From a virus (lineage: Duplodnaviria; Caudoviricetes), in the IMG/VR virus record IMGVR_UViG_3300047290_000212, positions 1-40,120 of that record: DNA of 40,120 nucleotides. One strand, 5' to 3'. Both the position numbers and the translations under genes were made by a program. Every line of letters starts with the position of its first letter. Position 1 is the first letter of the stretch. The notes beneath the pieces are model-generated. The model had not been told where the DNA came from, made no database searches, and was given only the letters and a program-made list of their open reading frames with translations. This document shows, piece after piece, positions 34,601-40,120 of the stretch.

Positions 34601-37600
34601 GCCGGATGTGACATTTCCAGTTACACTAAGCAAATTAGTGCTGGCATTGAATGATAGACCTGCACTATTAATGTTGGCCACTTGATCAGAACCCGCAGCC
34701 CCAACCATCACTGGATACAGAGCAGTACTGGTAGTGTTTTCAGTGGCGTTGATTACATTGCTAGTTCCTGCACCGCCCTGAACACCACTTATGCCCTGAA
34801 CACCTTGTGTGCCGGTAGCACCTTGTGTTCCCGCACCTGTAGTTCCCTGAGCACCAGTAGTTCCTTGGCCGCCTGTAGCGCCCTGAGCCCCCGTAGCGCC
34901 CTGTGCGCCTGTGGTACCCTGTGCGCCGGTTGTGCCCTGGGCACCCGTAACACCTTGACCGCCTGTGGCTCCTTGAGCGCCAGTTGTGCCTTGACTGCCT
35001 GTGGCTCCTTGAGCACCAGTTGTGCCTTGTGCTCCAGTTGTGCCTTGAGCGCCAGTTGTGCCCTGTGTGCCGGTTGTACCCTGACTACCTGTGGCTCCTT
35101 GACCACCCGTGATTCCCTGTGTACCAATCGTGCCCTGGGCACCCGTAACACCTTGACTGCCTGTGGCTCCTTGAGCACCAGTTGTGCCTTGAGCGCCAGT
35201 AGTTCCCTGGGTGCCTGTAGCACCCTGTGCGCCAGTGGTACCCTGAGTGCCTGTGGCACCAGTAGCACCTTGGGCACCGGTCACTCCATTGACCAGAGCC
35301 ACAAAAATATTTTGATTTGATGTGAACTGAGCAGTGCCTCCTGAAGCCAACAATGTAACCGGATAGGTCCAATAGTTGTTGGTCACATTGGTAGGAGTGC
35401 CCGATACCTGCCACTTTTGATAATTGGCGCTGTTGCTGCGATCCTGTATGGTAATAACTTCGGTCTGTACTATCAGAGCCAGGAAGATGTCAATATCAAC
35501 ACCGTTGCCGTCTAGGTGATCGATGCTGATGTTGCCCGCTGATGTCTGCGTGACATTGTCCCAAAGAACCTTGCCATCGCCCGGGTCGCCAGATGTTGCA
35601 CCAGTATTGGCCTGATAGTTGAATAGGTTACTGCTGGTACCCTGATTACCTTGTGTACCTGTAGTTCCCTGGATGCCCTGACTACCGGTCGTGCCTTGGG
35701 CACCTGTGGTACCCTGGGCGCCTGTGGTTCCCTGGGCTCCAGTTGTGCCTTGACTGCCTGTGGTTCCCTGGGCTCCAGTTGTGCCTTGTGCTCCGGTTGC
35801 GCCTTGGCTGCCAAGTACCCCTTGAGTTCCTTGGGTTCCTACCGTGCCCTGAACTCCCTGGCTACCAGTTGTGCCTTGCGCTCCTGTGGTACCTTGCGCT
35901 CCTGTGGCGCCCTGGGTTCCTGTGGTTCCTTGTACCCCTTGACTGCCTGTGGTTCCTTGTACCCCTTGCGCGCCTGTGGTTCCTTGTGCGCCAGTGGCAC
36001 CTTGGCTACCGGTTATGCCTTGAACACCCTGGGTACCTACTGTGCCTTGAACACCCTGGGTACCTACTGTGCCCTGAGCACCCGTGATGCCTTGGATGCC
36101 TTGCGTACCCGTAGCACCCTGAGCTCCTGTATTACCTTGAGCTCCAATAGAGCCTTGGGCTCCCACCGCACCTTGGCTGCCAGTTGTGCCTTGACTACCG
36201 GTCGTGCCCTGTGCACCCGTGACGCCTTGTGCACCTGTGGTACCCTGTGCACCCGTGACGCCTTGCGCACCCGTGGTGCCTTGAGCGCCGTCAGTACCCT
36301 GTGCCCCAGTTGCGCCTTGTGCACCAGTAGTACCTTGATTGCCAATAGTACCTTGGACACCTTGTGCACCTGTAGTTCCCTGAGCACCAGTAGTTCCTTG
36401 GCCGCCCGTGATGCCTTGAGCGCCTGTGGTGCCTTGTGCTCCAGTGTCACCTTGTGCACCCGTAATGCCTTGAGCACCTGTGGTGCCCTGTGCGCCTGTG
36501 TTGCCTGTAGTGCCTTGTGAACCCGCAGCACCCTGAATACCCGTGGTGCCTTGACTGCCAGTAATTCCCTGCGATCCCGTAGCGCCTTGGGCACCGGTCA
36601 CGCCATTGACCAGGGCCACAAATATATTCTGGTCTGATGTGAATTGTGATGTTCCACCTGAATCTAGTAGAGTAACCGGATAGGTCCAATAGTTGTTGGC
36701 CACTGAACTGGGCGTGCCCGATACCTGCCACTTTTGATAATTGGCGCTGTTGCTGCGATCTTGGATGGTAATAACTTCGGTATTTTGGATCAATGCCAAG
36801 AAAATATCAATGTCCTGGCCACCATCGGTAAGATGATCGATATTGATTGAAGTGGCATTGATCTGGGTAGAATTGTTCCAGATCACATGACCATTGCCGG
36901 GGTCACCTGATGTAGCACCAGTGTTTGCTTGATAATTGAACAAGTTACTTGATGTACCGGTATTGCCCTGAGATCCAGTTGTGCCTTGTGCACCTGTGGT
37001 ACCTTGTGCGCCAGTTCCGGTTGTGCCCTGAGCTCCGGTAGTTCCTTGGCCGCCTGTAGCGCCCTGAGCTCCGGTTGTGCCCTGGGCACCATTTGATCCA
37101 TTTGTACCCTGAGCTCCGGTTGTGCCCTGGGCACCATTTGATCCATTTGTACCCTGTGCACCAGTAATACCCTGTGCACCAGTAATACCCTGTGTACCAG
37201 TAATACCCGGTGTACCAGTAGTACCTTGTGCACCCTCAGTGCCCTGAGCACCTGTGGTTCCTTGACCGCCTGTGACCCCCTGGATACCCGTAGTACCTTG
37301 AGTACCTGCGGTTCCTTGAGTACCTATGCTTCCAGCCGTACCTTGTGCCCCGTTGGTTCCTTGTGCTCCAGTATTACCTTGAGCACCTGTGGTGCCTTGA
37401 CTGCCCGTGGTACCTTGTGTTCCTGTTCCGGTAGCACCTTGCGCACCATCGGTGCCCTGTGCACCCGTGGTTCCCTGTGCACCCGTGGTACCTTGATTTC
37501 CCAAAACACCTTGCACACCCTGGATACCAGTGGCTCCTTGACTTCCAGTAACACCCTGAGCACCAATCACACCCTGAGCACCAGTTGATCCTTGTATGCC

Positions 37601-39904
37601 CTGTGTGCCAGTACCACCTTGCGCACCTATTGCGCCTTGTGCTCCAGTAGAGCCTTGTGCCCCATCGGTGCCTTGGACCCCTTGTGTGCCAGTTGTACCC
37701 TGAGCACCCGTAGTACCTTGTTGTCCAAGTACGCCCTGTATGCCTTGGCTACCCGTGGCGCCTTGCACGCCTTGTGTACCGGTGCCACCCTGTGCACCCG
37801 TAGTTCCCTGTGCACCAGTGGTACCTTGAGTACCTGTGCTACCTTGTGCCCCAACAGAGCCCTGAGCTCCAGTTGATCCCTGAGCACCAGTTGATCCTTG
37901 GGTTCCAGTTGATCCTTGAGCGCCCGTACCACCTTGAGCGCCTGTACCACCTTGAGCGCCTGTTGTACCCTGTGTACCATTTGGGCCTGGAGTACCTGAC
38001 AGATTTACCGACCACGAACTATATGTACCAGACCCCACTACGCTGGTAACGTTGGCCACCAACTGTCCGGTCCCACTGTTGTAGCTGGTAACTGTGCCTT
38101 CCATATAGTTACTGCTATCGTAGGCAATGATTATGTATTGACCAGGGATATATGCTAGACTGGTACCAATGGTGAGAGTTTTGGCGCCAGTTCCAATTGA
38201 CAAGCTGGTTGCGCTAGTGGTATTATAAGCATCACCGGTGATACCTTGAGATCCAATAACACCCTGTATACCCTGGGCACCGGTACTACCCTGAGTTCCT
38301 AAAATACCTTGAGTTCCTTGGGAACCGGTGCCACCTTGAGATCCAATAACACCTTGTATACCTTGGCTACCAATGCTACCTTGAGTTCCCACGGTACCTT
38401 GAGTTCCTTGAGAACCAGTACTACCTTGCGTACCTAGTACGCCTTGCGTACCTGTAGTGCCTTGCGCACCTGTAGTGCCTTGCGCACCTGTAGTGCCTTG
38501 CGCACCCGCAGTTCCCTGGGTTCCAGTTGTGCCTTGAGTACCTGTAGTGCCTTGTGCCCCCACAGTACCCTGTGAACCTATAGTACCCTGTACGCCCTGT
38601 GTTCCCACAGTGCCTTGCGTACCTTGAGTACCAGTAGAACCTTGAGCACCTGTGCTGCCTTGGGCGCCAGTGGTGCCTTGGGTTCCTGTAGTACCCTGCG
38701 CACCAGTTCCTCCTTGTGCGCCAATATTGCCTTGAGTTCCTATTGCCCCTTGGATTCCTTGAATACCTGTGCTACCTTGTGTACCTGTGGTACCTTGCAC
38801 ACCTACTATACCTTGTGCGCCTACCGCACCTTGGATACCATTGTTGCCTTGACTACCTGTGGTTCCTTGACTACCTGTGGTTCCTTGACTACCTGTGGTG
38901 CCTTGAATTCCAGTTGTGCCTTGACTGCCAGTCGTGCCTTGGCTACCCGTAGTGCCTTGGCTACCCGTAGTGCCTTGAGAACCTTCAATACCCTGGGGTC
39001 CAACTACACCTTGGATACCTTGTATACCTAAGTTTCCCTGGGCACCAGTACTGCCCTGTGCACCTGACCCAGTGGCGCCCTGTGCGCCGTCGGCACCCTG
39101 GATACCCCCAGATCCTTGCGTACCTGTAGCGCCCTGTGCCCCTGATCCAGTGGCGCCTTGCGTCCCAACAATACCTTGCGTGCCAATGGCACCTTGGCTG
39201 CCCGTGGCTCCCTGAGTGCCAGCCACTGGTTGACCGTTAGCCAAGCTGAAACTGTTTGCCACGATATTGGCTGCACCGCCAAATATGACCGAGTCGGCGT
39301 TGGCCGAAATCTCAGCTACACCTAGGTAAATGGTGCTGTTACTGAGGTATAGATCTTGCCAGCGACTATTGGCCGATCCTAGATCATATTGTATGTTTGC
39401 ACCAGGCAGTAGATCTGCTTTGATCGTGACCGCTGTATTGCCAAAAACCGCGATATTGCCGGTACCATTCACACCAACCGTGACATTGCTGTTGGCTGCG
39501 ACCACTGCCACGTTAGAAGTGCCGTTGGCTATGGCGGTGCCGTTACCGCTACCACCGCCGGAAATACCTGTTAGAAAAGCACCGTTACCATAATAGTAAC
39601 GACTGTAAGTGGTATCAAAATACCTGTTGGAGGACCCAAGATCATAAACTGAATCTATCGTAGGTACCACAGTGCTGGCCACTGTGACATTGCCCACCCC
39701 GTTTCCAGCCAAAACTAGATCAAGATTGGTGTCGCTGGTCGTGATCCGGTTGTTGCTGATGGTTACCTGGGAGTTTACCGGGCCTACTGCCCAAACGTTG
39801 GCAAAATTGTTGTTTACAGCCTGGAACGCATCACGCAGTGATTCGCCTGTGCCGTCGTTGGCCACCAGGCCCGTGTTGATTGTGAGAAGGGTTTGATCGC
39901 TCAT
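31676..39904 (-). CDS. Giant fibre protein: collagen-like shaft, GN-repeat region, LamG/ConA-like domain, C-terminal ADLAE chaperone-like domain
   Basis: N-terminal [13 protein letters not shown]; long Gly-X-Y runs; [13 protein letters not shown]...WTHVAVSR LamG-like; [11 protein letters not shown]...GVVSTNP...VALTGRVP...KGD C-terminus. Confidence 0.88.
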   Translation of the reverse strand: MSDQTLLTINTGLVANDGTGESLRDAFQAVNNNFANVWAVGPVNSQVTISNNRITTSDTNLDLVLAGNGVGNVTVASTVVPTIDSVYDLGSSNRYFDTTYSRYYYGNGAFLTGISGGGSGNGTAIANGTSNVAVVAANSNVTVGVNGTGNIAVFGNTAVTIKADLLPGANIQYDLGSANSRWQDLYLSNSTIYLGVAEISANADSVIFGGAANIVANSFSLANGQPVAGTQGATGSQGAIGTQGIVGTQGATGSGAQGATGTQGSGGIQGADGAQGATGSGAQGSTGAQGNLGIQGIQGVVGPQGIEGSQGTTGSQGTTGSQGTTGSQGTTGIQGTTGSQGTTGSQGTTGSQGNNGIQGAVGAQGIVGVQGTTGTQGSTGIQGIQGAIGTQGNIGAQGGTGAQGTTGTQGTTGAQGSTGAQGSTGTQGTQGTVGTQGVQGTIGSQGTVGAQGTTGTQGTTGTQGTAGAQGTTGAQGTTGAQGTTGTQGVLGTQGSTGSQGTQGTVGTQGSIGSQGIQGVIGSQGGTGSQGTQGILGTQGSTGAQGIQGVIGSQGITGDAYNTTSATSLSIGTGAKTLTIGTSLAYIPGQYIIIAYDSSNYMEGTVTSYNSGTGQLVANVTSVVGSGTYSSWSVNLSGTPGPNGTQGTTGAQGGTGAQGGTGAQGSTGTQGSTGAQGSTGAQGSVGAQGSTGTQGTTGAQGTTGAQGGTGTQGVQGATGSQGIQGVLGQQGTTGAQGTTGTQGVQGTDGAQGSTGAQGAIGAQGGTGTQGIQGSTGAQGVIGAQGVTGSQGATGIQGVQGVLGNQGTTGAQGTTGAQGTDGAQGATGTGTQGTTGSQGTTGAQGNTGAQGTNGAQGTAGSIGTQGTAGTQGTTGIQGVTGGQGTTGAQGTEGAQGTTGTPGITGTQGITGAQGITGAQGTNGSNGAQGTTGAQGTNGSNGAQGTTGAQGATGGQGTTGAQGTTGTGAQGTTGAQGTTGSQGNTGTSSNLFNYQANTGATSGDPGNGHVIWNNSTQINATSINIDHLTDGGQDIDIFLALIQNTEVITIQDRSNSANYQKWQVSGTPSSVANNYWTYPVTLLDSGGTSQFTSDQNIFVALVNGVTGAQGATGSQGITGSQGTTGIQGAAGSQGTTGNTGAQGTTGAQGITGAQGDTGAQGTTGAQGITGGQGTTGAQGTTGAQGVQGTIGNQGTTGAQGATGAQGTDGAQGTTGAQGVTGAQGTTGAQGVTGAQGTTGSQGTTGSQGAVGAQGSIGAQGNTGAQGATGTQGIQGITGAQGTVGTQGVQGTVGTQGVQGITGSQGATGAQGTTGAQGVQGTTGSQGVQGTTGTQGATGAQGTTGAQGTTGSQGVQGTVGTQGTQGVLGSQGATGAQGTTGAQGTTGSQGTTGAQGTTGAQGTTGAQGTTGSQGIQGTTGTQGNQGTSSNLFNYQANTGATSGDPGDGKVLWDNVTQTSAGNISIDHLDGNGVDIDIFLALIVQTEVITIQDRSNSANYQKWQVSGTPTNVTNNYWTYPVTLLASGGTAQFTSNQNIFVALVNGVTGAQGATGATGTQGTTGAQGATGTQGTTGAQGTTGAQGATGSQGVTGAQGTIGTQGITGGQGATGSQGTTGTQGTTGAQGTTGAQGTTGAQGATGSQGTTGAQGATGGQGVTGAQGTTGAQGTTGAQGATGAQGATGGQGTTGAQGTTGAGTQGATGTQGVQGISGVQGGAGTSNVINATENTTSTALYPVMVGAAGSDQVANINSAGLSFNASTNLLSVTGNVTSGNVTTGAISATGAVNLTTTGAVNINGQTGGALTIGGSQQTGNMTLLPTQQSANILIATGAGIGGTTKTINFGTNGAANSTTNITIGQNLGNATVTYTANTIIAVANTGGSALSVAGNITGGNVIFGAGQVTGTGNITGGNVIFGAGQVTGTGNITGGNINTAGLSLTGNVLSALNVTGNVTGGNIISVADLSAVNTSLTGSLQLTGSTTGQHRFGTGATSGTCIIGGTSQTGAITLGQSTGNQTTNIQGGATASGSTKTINIGLGGLAGSTTTIAIGPVTATTAAATVTFNTATTVAIANTGGSALSVAGNIQGGNVTTVGLMSATGNVNGGNVIATTLVQGATLSATGAVTFSGTTTALNMGTSQTSGTITLGGTAGTGLILIGQSTAGQTANIATGATSSGNTKTINIGTGGAANSTTTITIGTDTGNGTVSLTGNTQVSIANSGGSALSVVGNVIAGNITLTTPGTVGGSLFFNGSNYANVVAGTTALAFGTGDFTIECWVYPTTAGVIYDQRTGTADISPLINAASGSWTYQYGGTTAITGGAVTLNAWTHVAVSRASGSTKLWINGTQSGVTYTDTNNYTCPSGRPYLGAYGDTAGAKLTGYITNLRAVKGTAVYTTTFTPSTSPLTAIANTQLLLGAATQATYLVDSSTNNFTVSPQTTITWNSLTPFTVPGATGSGLIIAGTVSAVANVIAGNVTTAGLMSATGNITGGNILGGANVNATTHTGTTVSVTGNVNGGNVIATTLVQGTTVSASGNVIGGNVTTAGLISATGNVTGGNLVSAVHTSAGNLTLTSTAANAWVFLTPTGTGTIQINKDITNGQANGVGNIGNATGYFNTIFAKATSAQYADLAETYAGDRAYAPGTVLSFGGANEVTLSLSPSDARIAGVVSTNPSYVMNAGLTAEYPVVVALTGRVPTSVTGNVLKGDMMVSAGDGTARASAQPMIGTVIGKALEDFTGDTGIIEIVVGRL
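34134..34260. repeat. Exact 54-bp tandem repeat (about 2.3 copies; [18 protein letters not shown])
   Basis: ccgccagtgatgttaccag recurs at 34134, 34188 and 34242. Confidence 0.9.
34770..39222 (-). repeat. Collagen-like (Gly-X-Y)n region, mostly G-[ATS]-Q-G-[TAV]-[TQ], with three interruptions
   Basis: 9/18-bp periodic DNA; exact 45-bp tandem repeat at 37062-37156; interruptions at about 37994-38236, 36600-36955 and 35283-35638. Confidence 0.95.
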
Positions 39905-39963
39905 GCCAAGTCTGTCCTATTGTCATATTTAGTTGAACGAACAGCACCAAACCAACTGCACCG

Positions 39964-40119
39964 CTAGAGGTTTTTGCCCGCGGCCACGCGCTCTAGAAAG
40001 CGATCCATGGGTAGGCAAGCCCAGTTGCCCAACCTAGAGAATTCAGGAATATCTGCGGTGTTTTTGCCCATGATCCTGATAAAGTTAGTTCTTGGGAATC
40101 GTTTGGCCACAGTGCAGAG
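39964..40119 (-). CDS. 3' end of an upstream hypothetical gene (partial)
   Basis: Open frame from the window edge: LCTVAKRFPRTNFIRIMGKNTADIPEFSRLGNWACLPMDRFLERVAAGKNL* with TAG at 39966-39964. Confidence 0.55.
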   Translation of the reverse strand, partial: LCTVAKRFPRTNFIRIMGKNTADIPEFSRLGNWACLPMDRFLERVAAGKNL

Positions 40120-40120
40120 C

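Noticed and set aside
34770-39222. Periodic repeats as a CRISPR array or DGR template/variable repeat
   Set aside because: The repeats are in-frame collagen codons without unique spacers; differences between the duplicated domains are not adenine-specific, and no reverse transcriptase or cas gene is present.
32133-39896. Many plus-strand and alternate-frame ORFs over the fibre gene
   Set aside because: These are shadow ORFs caused by low-complexity repeats lacking stop codons; the products are low-complexity and have no starts in context.
39958-40061. Possible three-stem structured RNA or riboswitch upstream of the fibre gene (CACCGC/GCGGTG, GGGCAA/TTGCCT, CTAGAG/CTCTAG)
   Set aside because: It lies within an open minus-strand frame that looks like a real gene end and upstream of the fibre's own TAAATA; it matches no riboswitch consensus I recognise.
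1-40120. Stop-codon reassignment as in some large phages
   Set aside because: Long genes are intact in the standard code, and TAA, TGA and TAG all end genes at tight junctions.

Overview
This window is the virion-morphogenesis region of a large T4-like (myovirus or jumbo-type) phage using the standard genetic code. No tRNA, rRNA or CRISPR array was seen. It encodes the terminase large subunit (5' half), a probable small subunit, gp4-like head completion nuclease, tail sheath, tail tube, a second tube-fold protein and gp13/gp14/gp15-like neck and completion proteins. It also encodes dNMP kinase, a DexA-like exonuclease, a NUDIX hydrolase, a GH19 lysin, a secreted thermonuclease, three free-standing HNH homing endonucleases and a 2742-aa collagen-like fibre. 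Four observations stand out. (1) terL is a fractured gene: an atypically split intein (35-aa IntN, with IntC in an ORF missing from the supplied track) has an HNH gene between the halves. (2) Two apparent head polyproteins are built of small unrelated modules separated by prohead-protease-like [VILM]-x-E sites; one module is bounded by an exact 21-bp direct repeat, suggesting exchangeable cargo cassettes. (3) A glycan-tailoring-like pair of genes (beta-propeller + FkbM + radical SAM fusion; TPR + FkbM) lies directly downstream of a Thr/Gln-rich, Pro-poor collagen fibre. (4) A recurring TAAATA late-promoter motif often sits only a few bases from the start codon. All calls rest on motif recognition by eye; no searches were run.
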